In this document: in pieces, positions 14,808 to 28,249 of the stretch
How positions within the stretch are numbered: position 1 is the first letter of the stretch
How the letters are laid out: each line of letters starts with the position of its first letter
Source: the human T2T-CHM13v2.0 reference genome, Homo sapiens
Reading direction: 5' to 3' (one strand)
NCBI RefSeq assembly: GCF_009914755.1
Contig: NC_060925.1
Length of the DNA stretch: 64,000 bases
Notes under the pieces: generated by a model
The model's input: the letters and a program-made list of their open reading frames with translations, nothing else
What the model was told of the DNA's origin: nothing
Database searches by the model: none
Translations under genes and position numbers: made by a program

Positions 14808-15107
14808 TTTTTTTTTTTTTTTTTTTTTTTGAGACATGGTCTCGCTCTATGACCCAGGCTGGAGTACAGTGGCAAGATGTTGGCTCACTGTAGCCTCTTC
14901 TCCTGGGTTCAAGGAATTTTTCTGCTTCAGCCTGCCGAGTAGCTGGGATTACAGGCACATGCCACCATGCCTGGCTAATTTTTGTATTTTTAGTAGAGAT
15001 GATGTTTCACCATGTGGGCCAGCCTGGTCTCGAACTCCTGACCTCAAGTGATCACACACAGCCTCCCAAAGTGCTGGGACTGCAGGCATGAGCCACCATG
15101 CCGGGCC
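14808..15107 (-). mobile_element. Alu (AluS)
   Basis: T tract plus dimer. TSD cattcat. Confidence 0.92.
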
Positions 15108-17263
15108 CATTCATTTTTGTTGAAGAAAATTGGGAATATCAGTAGAGTGTTCATCTCCTTCATAGAGAAAGGTAGATCATTCCAAAAAGATGTGAAACAC
15201 ATCATGTGAAGCAGGAAATTTAGTTTTACACTAACTATGGGGATTACTTTAAATTATCAAAATGTAGTTTTACTTCAAAAAATACCTTGATGTAAATGAT
15301 TTCAGGTGCATCTTAAAGACTTGAAATACTTAGCACTGCTTTGTTTTATAGTTTCTTGTGGAGAGAAGTAGTGAGGGCTTGGAGATTGTCTCCATTCAGT
15401 GATCATCACAATTAGTACAGATGGCAGATCATTATCAACATTTATTACCAAACGGTGATTACATCACTCAATTCTCAATTATGCATGTGAGGCAGGTATT
15501 TTTGTTTTGTATTTCATAAAGCCATGGATGATATTTTGATATCTTAAATTATAATATTTTAATGTTTATCCCCTCTTTTCCTTAATGAAATAACACTGGT
15601 GATAAAGTTTCTGTACACAGCAAAAATGGACATTCAGTCTTAGAGACCCACCATATTCCAACACCTTAATATTTTATTTAAAGATGTGTTGTTCAATTAT
15701 GTATTTTTATTGTAACTTTAGACCAATTGCATAAATTGGATAAATTGGATTATCTTATTCTATGAAGCATTAATCATTGTAATAAGTTAAATAGTCATTT
15801 TAGTGCTTTTTTTTTAAGTAGGTAGGTACCACCGTACTACCTCGTGGAGGAATTGCACGTACTAAGATGAAGTTTGACAGTACAACCTAGCATTGCATCT
15901 CACATCTTGGTTGATTTTCTTTATGCCGATTGAGGGATAAGCTGAATAGTCAACACAAAATATAGATAATATAAAAGCTTTTTATATTTAGCATTTGGAA
16001 TAGAATTACAGGAAATCAAGTGCTAATATAGTTGCATTTGGCTGCCCCTTGCTTCTAGCCTTCACACCAATACTTTCCTTCTACATTTTTGTTGGCAGTT
16101 ACCAACAGATTGCCCTACTTGTGTGGTATGACTTCATTAAAAAGGCAGATATATGCAGAATTTTGCTAGTTTATCTTAAAGAAATATTTAACACTTGATA
16201 TTTATTGAAGGTTCTATGCCAAGAGTTGTGGAGCGGGGGGTACAACATTAAAGTGGTGGTTAGAAGTGCACAAATAACTGTAATGGTATACAACAAAGAG
16301 TTTTGGGATTCAGAGAAAGCAGGGGTCTCCTCACGTTAAAGAGAAATAACAAAGTGCCACTTATGATCAGTTTTAAAAGATCAGTAATATTTTAAAGGCA
16401 GAGCTGTGCTATAGAGTATATCCCAACCCAGTTATTCCCTCTGAGCTTGTATACAAAACCATGTGGAGAACCTTGAAACTGCAGTTTGTCTGAGTCATAA
16501 AAAGCATGGGGAGGAGGAGGGGGACATTCTTCCTAGTGATACACAAGAAATGCTGTCACTTATATGAAAAGCAGCATATTTTTGCTGCTTCATGTTATCA
16601 ACTTAAATTCCAGCAAATCATTTTAACAGAAAGATCTTAGAGTAAAAATTTTACCTATGCATCTGTTTATTCTTTTGAGTATCCTTGTATAAAGCACTTT
16701 GGTAATTGTCAATGTATAAGACAGAGTCTCTGTCTTTAAGGAAGGAAAGATAAGAGAAATTTACATTTAGTGATTGCCAACAATATGTATATGTTGTCTC
16801 TTAAATATATTTCACTTAATACTTGTAGCATCCCTATGACATAGGTATTATTATTTCTAATTTTTTAGAAGTAAAAAAAATCTTAGGCATTAAAAGAGGT
16901 TGCCTGCTCAAAATCACCCAGCGAGTAATTAAAACCTTACCTGAAATTACATCTATTGGTATAATTCCAAAATCATGTATTTCTCCTGCAGCGCCTTTTG
17001 TATATTCATGATCTGTTTCTGGGCAAAGTTTTGAGAGGAATGATTGAATATAGGTTCTTGTAGATTATACCTTTATACAAAAGAAAAGTGATAGATTCTT
17101 AGTAAACCAAAATATAGTTGTCCCTCAGTATTGGGAACTAATGAGGAATTGGTAGCAGCTGCGTGACCTTACTAAAAATAAAAATCAGATCCGCTGCTGT
17201 AAACTCTTCACTGATTTCCCACTGCACTTAGAATACATTCCTAACTCTTTATCATGGTCATAT

Positions 17264-17560
17264 CAGTGCTGTGCTACAGCCAGGTCATACCAGCTTTTGA
17301 CGGCCAATTGTTAAATTTTCAGGAATTCTGTGAACCAGTTGTTAAGCACAGCCATTGTTACAAATTAAATGATAAAAACTTACAGTTAAATAACTCATGT
17401 TAAAAACAAAAGTAATAAGTACTCAAAATTCATCACTTTCTGGTTATGTTACCACTTTTTACTGTTGTCTGTGCTCTTGAACTATTTACATTGTTTTATC
17501 TGTATGATAAAAATGGTATATGATGGTATGCTGCAGCTCTACTGTTATGCATCACTTTTC
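17264..17560 (+). mobile_element. MER63 (hAT-Blackjack) 5' part, target of the L1 insertion; resumes briefly at 19145-19152
   Basis: cagtgctgtgctacagcc...attgttaaattttcaggaatt...aagtactcaaaattcatcactt matches the recalled MER63 consensus, which continues (C)AACTCC after the second TSD copy. Confidence 0.75.
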
Positions 17561-17569
17561 TTTTTTTTT

Positions 17570-18158
17570 GCAAATGATATTTTATTTTATGCAATTTGTT
17601 TATTTACTCATTCATTCAATTGCTTATTTAATCATTCCTTAAAATATATAAGCTGAGAGCTGATTATATGGATGGCACCAGGCAAATACAATAGATACAG
17701 TAGTGAAAAAAATAAACATGGTGTCTTTTGTTATGGAGTCCAAAGCTCAGTGGAGCAGTGAGTGATACTAATCAAACAACTGCACAAATGCATCTATAAG
17801 TAAATTATTTTAAAAGTACAGTTAAAGGAAACAAGTAGGTGCTATTAAGTACATGATATAATATCAGGGTTCAAGAAAATTTTCAGAGCAAATGGCAAAT
17901 GAGATACATATATTCAGTCTGCCCTTCATGTCTGCAGGTTCAGCCAATCGTGGATGAAAAATATTTGGAAACATTAATAACAGTGTAACAAGTAAAAATA
18001 TAAATAAAAATACATTGTAATGACGATTTACATAGCATTTACATTGTATTAAGTATTATAAAGAGATGATTTAAAGTAGATTACTAAAATCATCTACTTC
18101 AGTAATGTTATATGCAAATATAACATATATGGTTACCTGCAAATACTGTACTATGCCA
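17570..18158 (-). other. L1 3'-transduced genomic segment (~590 bp) with a second poly(A) at 17561-17569
   Basis: Lies between the L1's own A tail and a second A tail, inside TSD ttatgcatcacttttc (17545-17560 and 19129-19144). AATAAA on the - strand at 17581-17586. Confidence 0.88.
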
Positions 18159-18162
18159 TTTT
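17915..18162 (-). mobile_element. MER2 (TcMar-Tigger) fragment inside the transduced segment
   Basis: cagtctgcccttc...aaaatatttgg...atttacatagcatttacattgtatt...tgcaaatact...gccatttt, truncated at the L1 tail. Confidence 0.8.
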
Positions 18163-19129
18163 TTTTCTTTTTTTATTTTTTATTTATTATTATTATACTT
18201 TAAGTTTTAGGGTACATGTGCACAATGTGCAGGTTAGTTACATATGTATACATGTGCCATGCTGGTGCGCTGCACCCACTAACTCGTCATCTAGCATTAG
18301 GTATATCTCCCAATGCTAACCCTCCCCCCTCCCCCCAACCCACAACAGTCCCCAGAGTGTGATGTTCCCCTTCCTGTGTCCATGTGTTCTCATTGTTCAG
18401 TTCCCACCTATGAGGGAGAATATGCGGTGTTTGGTTTTTTGTTCTTGCGATAGTTTACTGAGAATGATGATTTCCAATTTCATCCATGTCCCTACAAAGG
18501 ACATGAACTCATCATTTTTTATGGCTGCATAGTATTCCATGGTGTACATGTGCCACATTTTCTTAATCCAGTCTATCATTGTTGGACATTTGGGTTGGTT
18601 CCAAGTCTTTGCTATTGTGAATAATGCCGCAATAAACATACGTGTGTATGTGTCTTTATAGCAGCATGATTTATAGTCCTTTGGGTATATACCGAGTAAT
18701 GGGATGGCTGGGTCAAATGGTATTTCTAGTTCTAGATCCCTGAGGAATCGCCACACTGACTTCCACAATGGTTGAACTAGTTTACAGTCCCACCAACAGT
18801 GTAAAAGTGTTCCTATTTCTCCACATCCTCTCCAGCACCTGTTGTTTCCTGACTTTTTAATGATTGCCATTCTAACTGGTGTGAGATGGTATCTCATTGT
18901 GGTTTTGATTTGCATTTCTCTGATGGCCAGTGATGGTGAGCATTTTTTCATGTGTTTTTTGGCTGCATAAATGTCTTCTTTTGAGAAGTGTCTCTTCATA
19001 TCCTTCACCCACTTTTTGATGGGGTTGTTTGTTTTTTCTTGTAAATTTGTTTGAGTTCATTGTAGATTCTGGATATTAGCCCTTTGTCAGATGAGTAGGT
19101 TGCGAAAATTTTCTCCCATTTTGTAGGTT
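18159..19129 (-). mobile_element. 5'-truncated young L1 (L1PA3-like): ORF2 C-terminus plus 3' UTR and A tail
   Basis: ORF 18397-19008 encodes an uninterrupted ORF2p C-terminus ([18 protein letters not shown]...FSLIGGN). The 3' UTR has GATGACGAGTTAG (GAG, not the L1HS ACA/ACG), GAGAACACATGG and GGAACATCACAC. Confidence 0.93.
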
Positions 19130-19154
19130 TATGCATCACTTTTCAACTCCAGTC

Positions 19155-20940
19155 CATTTATTTTCTAATATTCTACTCTGATCTCTTCCCCTACCTCCTC
19201 TTTACGCTCAATAATTCATGGATTTGCCCTTTTGAGGCTATTTTCTAGATCTTGCAGGCATGCCTAATGTCTTTTTATTCTTTTTGTTGTTGTTGTTTCT
19301 CCTCTATGTATTTTCATATAGCCTGTCTTCAAGCTCACTGATTCTTCTGCTTGATCATCTACTGTTGAGAGACTGATACATTTTTAAGTTTGTCAGTTGA
19401 ATTTTTTAGCTTCAGAATTTCTGCTTAATTATTTTTTATTATTTCAGTCTTTTTGTTAACTTTATCTGATAGGATTCTGAATTTTTTCTCTGTATTGTCT
19501 TGAAGTCATTGAGCTTCCTCAAAGTAGCTATTCTGAATTCTCTTAAATGTCACATATCTCTCACTCCAGGATTGGTCCCTGGTACCTTGTTTAGTTCATT
19601 TGATGAGGTCATGTTTTCCTGGGTATTCTTGATGCTTGTGGATGTTTATTGATATCTGGGCATTGAAAAGTTAAGTATTTATTCCAATCTTCATAGTCTG
19701 AACTTATTTTTACCCGTCCTTCTTGAGAAGGCTTTCCAAAGGGAATTAAGTGTTGTGATCTAAGTCTTTAGTCACTGAAGCCATATCTGCTTTAGGGGAT
19801 GCCCCAAGCCAAATAATGCTGCAATTTTTGCAGACTCGCAGAGATATAGCCTTGGTGGGCTTGGGTAAGATCTGAGAGAATTCCTAAAATCTCTTTTTCT
19901 CTTCTCTCACTTTCCCCTGAATAAATAGTGTTTTTTTCTCCTCATGCTGGGCTTCCTGGAGTTGAGGAGCAGGGTGACACAAGCACTAGCCACCACAGCT
20001 GGGACTGGCTACTATGGCTGCAACTGCACTTGGTCACACCTGAAGCCAGCATGGTACCTGACGACTACTGCCTGGCTGCTGCTGGTGTTTATTCAAGGCC
20101 CCAGGGTCTTTCCATTCAGGGTAGCAGGTTTCCTTCTGGCCCAGGATGGATCTAGAAATGCTTTTCAGGAGCTAGGGTCTGGACTCAGGGGATTCAGGAC
20201 TCTGCTTCATGTTACTGTGGCTGAGCCGGTACTCAAGTTGCAGGACAAAGTCCTCTTTACTGTTTCCTCTCTTTTCCACAAGCAGAAAAGGAGTATCTCC
20301 CAAGCTGCCCTGCCTGGAGTTGGGGAAGGGGTGTAAGTATAGCCACTCTTACTTTTTTGTTGTTGTTTCTATTTGATCCCTTGGCTACCCCAGCTGGTGT
20401 TTCACTGGATTGTATGTACCCCAAGTCCACTGGCTTCAAGCCCAGCACAGCACCAGGACTTGCCGGAAGATTGTAATACTCGTGGCCTAGACTGCTTTTC
20501 AAATTTGTTCAGGACACCAGGGCACTTTAGTCTACCAGGGGGCTTCCCTTCTGTCTGGGGCCAGTCTGAATCCTTCCTTGTTGTGTGCCTGCTAAATTCT
20601 GCCCTGTGTTGTGTTCTGCTGTGACAGGGCAGCACTGAGTACCAGTGCAAAGTCCCACAATCCCTGCTCTCTCCCTTTCCCAAGTGCATGGATTCTTTCT
20701 CTACACAGTGCTGGGGGGATAGGATAGGTGTGGTGTAGACGATGTAAGACTGTTTTTTCTATCCTCTTCCATGCCTTCTTCCTTGATATCATGTTAAAAC
20801 CAGGTACTGTGATTGCTCACCTGATTTTTTGTTTTTATGAAGGTGTTTCTTGCGTGGATAGTTGTTCAATTTGGTGTTCTTGAGGGAGGATGATTGCTGA
20901 AGGATGATTGCTATTTGGCCATCTAGCTCTGCCTCCTCCA
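19155..20940 (-). mobile_element. L1M (L1MA-type) 5' UTR plus partial ORF1, 3' part missing
   Basis: The reverse complement at 20940 reads GGAGGAGGCAGAGCTAGATGGCCAAATAG, an L1 5' terminus. A decayed ORF1-like tract lies at 19200-19700. Confidence 0.75.
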
Positions 20941-21296
20941 AAATTGTCTCTGATGTTTACCTTTACTTCCAACACCCAACATTCCCTAGTCTAGGACTTC
21001 TGCATCCTTATGAAACTCAAGTAGAGTTGCCTGTTTACTCTTCCCCTAGGGAGGCACTATACCTTTATCTCTGTATCCCTAAAGCCTAGAACAGGGCCTG
21101 CACCTCATCTGTTCAGTGACTATATGTATGAATGCCAAAAGGCACATAAACCTTTTATTTGCCCTAATGATTTTACCACATTCAAAGAAATAAAAACATA
21201 TTCCCTTTATAAGACATCAGATGGTAAGACATTTACTTAGAAAGAGAGAGACTTAAGTGAATTAGTATCTCTAGGACTGGCTACAGTTCAGTTATC

Positions 21297-21594
21297 TTTT
21301 TTTTTTCTCTCTCTCTTTTGAGATAGAATCTCAAAACTCCAGGCTGGAGTGCAGTGGTGCGATCTCAGCTCACTGCAACCTCCACCTCCCAGGTCAAGCA
21401 GTTCTCCTGCCTCAGCTTCCCCAGTATCTAGGATTACATGTACACACCAACATGCCCAGCTATTTTGTATTTTTAGTAGAGACGGGGTTTCGTCATGTTG
21501 GCCAGGCTAGTCTCGAACTCCTGACCTCAGGTAATCCACCCACCTTGGCATCCCAAAGTGCTGGGATTACAGGCGTGAGCCACCGCGCCCGGCC
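21297..21594 (-). mobile_element. Alu (AluSx-like)
   Basis: Dimer. TSD tggctacagtt. Confidence 0.92.
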
Positions 21595-22509
21595 TGGCTA
21601 CAGTTATCTTACATGCAGCTATTTTGTATAGCCATTTGAGTAGAGATCTGAGAGGAAGATGAAGAGGCTTACACCTTGGTAAGAGAAGTATTCTTGGCCA
21701 TATATGTTCAAGTTAGTGTCACTTGAGGCTTTGATGACAAAGGAGTAAAGAATACAGTGTAATTGTATCCTAAATAACCAAACGGAAGCTGAAAAATAGT
21801 TGCTAACTTGAATAGCTGAGGTCAGTGGCCAGAAATTTTGAAAAGGTCTCAAACAACTCATAGATAAAAAGAAAATAAGCAAATATTTAAAGAATCAAAA
21901 TGAAAACACTATAATGTATTTATTTAACTTCAGGAGATGTTATTTAACAAATTTGGGTATTTTGTGGTTTATAATTAGAAAATAGAAGTGGCTGATTTGT
22001 ATGAAATCTTGTACAACTGCATTTCTAAGTGGATAAATGGAACTCTACTTGATTCACTTGCTGAAGTATGAAGTTAGTCTAACAAATGTATGAAATACCA
22101 TAATCAACCAAATGTAAATTTTCAAGGAAGTAATATTTAAAGTAGATGTTTGTATAATAGTTACATCCTAGGACATTGAATAAGTACAACTTTTTCTGTA
22201 TGCTTGGTGTAATTTCTAGAATATTAGATATGTCCCTTTCCATATTCTTTCACCTGTTGATACCACTGTTTAGAGGTTTGTTCCTTTGACTTCAGACTTT
22301 ATTCCCTGTTCAGATAAAAATACCTCTGAGAAAGCTAGTATGTTAGAGTTTACTGGCCATTTCCCTGAAAACTGTATTTTACAGAAAGTAGCAACATCAA
22401 GAAAACGCAGGGAGGATAGTCTCACGCTATTTACCAAAATTTAAAATGCATTTATTTTTTCACCCAGCATTCCCCCTTTTGGGAATGTGCTCTACCCCAC
22501 CCCATTTTT

Positions 22510-22955
22510 GCATATGTACAAAATGATACATATGCAAGGTTTATTGAAGCTTTATATGATTAAAAATTTAGGAACATCTCAAGTATCAATAGGAAACTTG
22601 TTAAATGAGCTATAGTACTTTTATATAATGGAATACTATGTAATTGCTTTTAAAAAAATAAAGAGACAACTCTTTATATACTGAGATAGAAAGATTTCCA
22701 ACATATATTGTTAAGGAAAAAAATCAAGATGTATAACAATGTATATAGAATATTATCTTTTATGTGGGATGGGACAAAATAAAATTAAAAATGTAATTAT
22801 TTTATTTGCATAGATAATCAGTGGCAGAATACAGGAGAAATTATTTAGAGTAGATATGAGGCTATGCAAAAGAGGTTGGGGGGTGTAGGTACCGGGGATT
22901 AGTTTATATATAATGATAGGGAGGAGCGAGACTTTTACCTTTAGATCTTTTTACA
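22510..22955 (+). mobile_element. Old L1M 3' fragment
   Basis: tataatggaatactatg and gaaagatttccaacatatattgttaag. Confidence 0.6.
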
Positions 22956-22957
22956 TT

Positions 22958-23234
22958 GTTTTTATTTTATTTTATTTTATTTTTTTTTTAGACGGGGTCT
23001 CGCTCTGTCACCCATGCTGTAATGCAGTGACGTGATTTTGCTCACTGCAACCTCCACCTCCCAGGCTCAAGCGATCCTTCCACCTCATCCTCCCAAGTAG
23101 CTGGACTACACACTCATGTTGCCACACTCGGCTAATTTTTTTATTCTTTGTAGAGACAGGGTTTTGCCATGTTGGTCAGGCTGGTCTCGAACTCCTGGGC
23201 TTAAGTGATCTGGCTGCCTTGGCCTCCCAAAGTG
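22958..23234 (-). mobile_element. Alu (AluJ-like), 5' end missing
   Basis: caggctcaagcgatcc and ctcctgggcttaagtgatc. Confidence 0.88.
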
Positions 23235-23500
23235 TGCTTTGGTTTTTTAATCATGAGTGTATTGCCTGTTTTTAAAGGTAGCCTAATGAATGAATGACAA
23301 CATGATTAAAATTAACAAAAGAAGATAATTCATCTCAAGTAAGGAGGTCATGTCACTCTGCCAAAGACTGGCTCTGAAGGACTTCATTTGCTCCAGGCCT
23401 TCAGCTACTTATGCAGAGGACTAATAACATGAAGGAACTTTTTTGACATTCTGGCAAAATGCCACTTATTTATATTGTATATGTATATATTTTTCTGTAG

Positions 23501-23626
23501 ATGCCAGAGGAACAAGCATTCTGTGTTTTGGTGAAAATCATGTACGACTATGGTTTGAGAGACCTCTACAGAAACAACTTCGAAGATCTTCATTGCAAAT
23601 TCTACCAGTTGGAGAGACTAATGCAG
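23501..23626 (+). CDS. RABGAP1L: RABGAP1L internal coding exon (126 nt, phase 0/0): MPEEQAFCVLVKIMYDYGLRDLYRNNFEDLHCKFYQLERLMQ
   Basis: ttttctgtag acceptor ending at 23500 and CAG|GTAAAT donor. 42 open codons of typical RABGAP1/EVI5-class TBC sequence. Confidence 0.96.
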
Positions 23627-25435
23627 GTAAATAAAAATTAGGAACTTTTATCACTCAGGGATTTGTTGAGTCATAGAAAAAGCCTAATAGAGTTGGTAAG
23701 CAATAATGAATTATAGAAGTTTAATGGAATATTATAGAAAATGTACATGGATTTAGTTTCAGACCAATATCTACATTGGTCTATCATAATATGTTTATTT
23801 AGCCATTTTACTATTTTAAAAATATCTCACATTTTAAATGTTCAAGTTAAATATACTTTGAAGTGAGAATCTAATGAGTTTAATCATTAAGAGATTGCCA
23901 AGTATTGTTTGTAGAGGAATGGAGATATTTACAGAGTAAAAATTGAAATACCTAAGAGCTTTCTGCATACTAATTAGCACCACTTCCTTATTTGAGTCCA
24001 CGTAGAACACTTGGAAAAGCCAGAAAGATATTCATAAGAGAATAAAACATACTAAAATACTGTAGGGATACATTTAAAAATTTTTAAATATAATTCCTAA
24101 TCTCAATGTTGTTGTTGTGCTTTACAATGCGTATTTATAAATGTGTGTGAGAAACATGCATCCTTTTATATATACCAAATATTACACAGTAAAAAAGATT
24201 GTGACCACAGGCAAAGTGATTGACCAGAGCTGACAAAAGGAATTTTTAACTAGCTTTGGAGTTCTACCTGAAGTTGATAATCTTAAATTTATAATGGGTT
24301 TTTGTGGCATGTTTATGTGACTTTGTTTAAAAGGGGTTTTGGGAATCCAAGAGAAATGTGAAGGAGATACATGGATGGATTGATTCCATATTGGGGAAGG
24401 GTAAAATGGTTGAGGAAGGAGGTTCGTGGAATGTGAGAGCAGAAGATGCTAGTAGGAGCTCATTGATATGAACTGCCAGGGGATCCGTAGGTGTCTAAAG
24501 AGGGAAGTGAAGCCAGTAGGAGACTGAGAGATTAGAAGAACAGGGCAGTAGAGGATGAATTTGCAGTGAGGTTAAAGGAACAATTTATTGGGAGAAGGGA
24601 ATGTAGGAGGGTAGAAGACTTTAAAATTGAAAAGAAATAAAAGGAGGCAGGGATGTAAAACGAGCCATAAGTACAATGACAAATGGGCATTAAGGAGGAA
24701 AAAGACTATGTAGAAGAATCTGGTAAATATGGATATTAACAGCAATAAGCTCCTTTTTAACGATTTAATTCTACCAAGTAAATATTTGGGATTACTCGCT
24801 TTTTGCCTTTTATTTACCAAAAAATTCATATATTTTCAAAGGTCAGTATTCCTAAGGGCTTTGAGAATCAAGTAAATATACCTAATAAATAACAGATGTG
24901 TGGTACTATGAAGAACCTCAACCACATTTTTCTGTTAGCAGTTTTTTTTCAGTTAACTGAATGAGCATTTGGACGTTCCATTTGAAGTACCTAATGGGCA
25001 CATTTGGCTATTTTTCAAAGAGAGCATGTAGTTCAAGAAATGGCTTATTTTGTTTTTTATTCTTCTTTTTGTGGTCTATTTAGGAAAACAAAATGAAGGT
25101 GGCCTTTGTCTTTCAGTTATGGTAATAGCTATGCTAATACTTTGTACCTTGCTGTTCATGCTTTTGAAAACCATTTGCTTGTTTAAATTGGGAGAAAAAA
25201 ATAAAGTTACCATAAAGGCATTTTTAGAAGATATCCAATTTTATATATTATACCTTTGCATAATTTCTTTGCTTTGCCATTTTTAATATGCTGAAGACAG
25301 ATTTCTAAATAGTTTGTCGTGGCTTAGAATTTTCTAAGTGTTCAAAAAATATACTGAAACATCATAGACCCCAGATTAGATGATTTCCAAAGAGAAGATA
25401 CATTTCTTTTCTAGCTAGTTAAGAATTGAACCCTG

Positions 25436-25738
<303 letters not shown>

Positions 25739-26089
25739 TTTAACCCTGAATGGGGATGCTATGACTTGACCCTGGAGTCAAGATACTCATTACACTACAG
25801 ATGCTCTGGTAGAATGAGAATTTTGCAAGAATCAAGAACAGTCAAGTGAGCAAGAGATGGTCTTTCTTAGTTGTTTATAATAAGTCTGTTTTTATTTTCC
25901 TCAATTATCTGTCATATCCCTAATTCTCATCTGCTGTCATCACTTCTGTGCAGTTATACAAGACAACCAATACTAGAATAGAGTTACAGCGATCATAGAA
26001 AGCTGTTTGTAAGTTGCAGTTGTGGCAGGAACTTCATTGTTCTGCTGCAAGCTTCTCATTGCTCCTAAATTTTCCACTTTGACTTTTAG

Positions 26090-26233
26090 GAACAGCTACC
26101 GGACCTGCATAGCCATTTTTCTGATCTGAACCTGGAAGCTCATATGTATGCATCCCAGTGGTTTCTCACTCTTTTTACTGCCAAGTTCCCACTCTGCATG
26201 GTGTTCCACATCATTGACTTACTGCTTTGTGAG
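26090..26233 (+). CDS. RABGAP1L: RABGAP1L internal coding exon (144 nt, phase 0/0): EQLPDLHSHFSDLNLEAHMYASQWFLTLFTAKFPLCMVFHIIDLLLCE
   Basis: cttttag acceptor ending at 26089 and GAG|GTAGAG donor. Contains the conserved TBC segment MYASQWFLTLF. I did not find the next expected exon (GLNIIF...) in the remaining 38 kb. Confidence 0.96.
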
Positions 26234-27094
26234 GTAGAGTGACTCCCATCTTTCACTAAGCCAAAATAGAAAGTAGTTTCTACTAAAAATGGTTACAGTT
26301 TTCTTCCTTTTGTTTTTGCCTGTGACATTAAGCCATAAATACTCACTGACCAAAAAGCTGTATTTGAATTTTCAGTAAAAACTATTTTAATTGTAATTTT
26401 ATTATTTCTGAGGAATGAAAATGTTAAGGCATATATAATTCCTACAAAGTAAAATGGGTGATTAAATTTGCATAATTAAATTCATAATAAGCCTATATCT
26501 GTATAATAATGTTTTACCAGTATAAAATGCCTTTAAGGTTAAATAAATGAATTTAGAATTGGGTGTTTTTTAATATTAATGCAGTTATACTGCAAGAGTG
26601 AATATAAATGAGATTTTTATAATAACTAATTTCTCAGTTCATCAGATATCTTTCTGTTTATCATGTTTGGGACTGCTGCGAAATGATGAGACAAATGATA
26701 AACTAAAGCTATTATGTCATATAATTATATTTTTATATAGTAGAATATTTCAAAAATTAGTTTGTAAAATTTCTTAGGTGTTTATATTTGTGTATTTTAT
26801 TGTTTTTAGTTCCTTAGATGGCTATATTTATTTACTCTTTTAAAGAAATAAACAGTATTATGCATATATATGGCTTATATTGGTCATCAAAATGTTTGAC
26901 TATCTTAGCAGTAATAGGGAATTTGCTAGATAAGAAGTGTATATTTTCAATGGCAGTATAAATGTATATAAAATATAGCTATCTTAAAAAGCAGGACTAA
27001 TCAAAAGTATAAGCTTATCTATGTGATTATAAGCTTAATATATAATCTAGACAGTTTTGTATTACTATGCTTCTTAAGGTAAACATCCTTTAAA

Positions 27095-28249
<1,155 letters not shown>

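Noticed and set aside
18397-19008. 203-aa ORF as a host gene
   Set aside because: It is the C-terminus of L1 ORF2p in a 5'-truncated element with no promoter and no EN or RT domains.
23443-23634. ORF-track ORFs overlapping the exon (23443-23634 + and 23405-23593 -)
   Set aside because: They are off-frame or antisense shadows of the real RABGAP1L exon.
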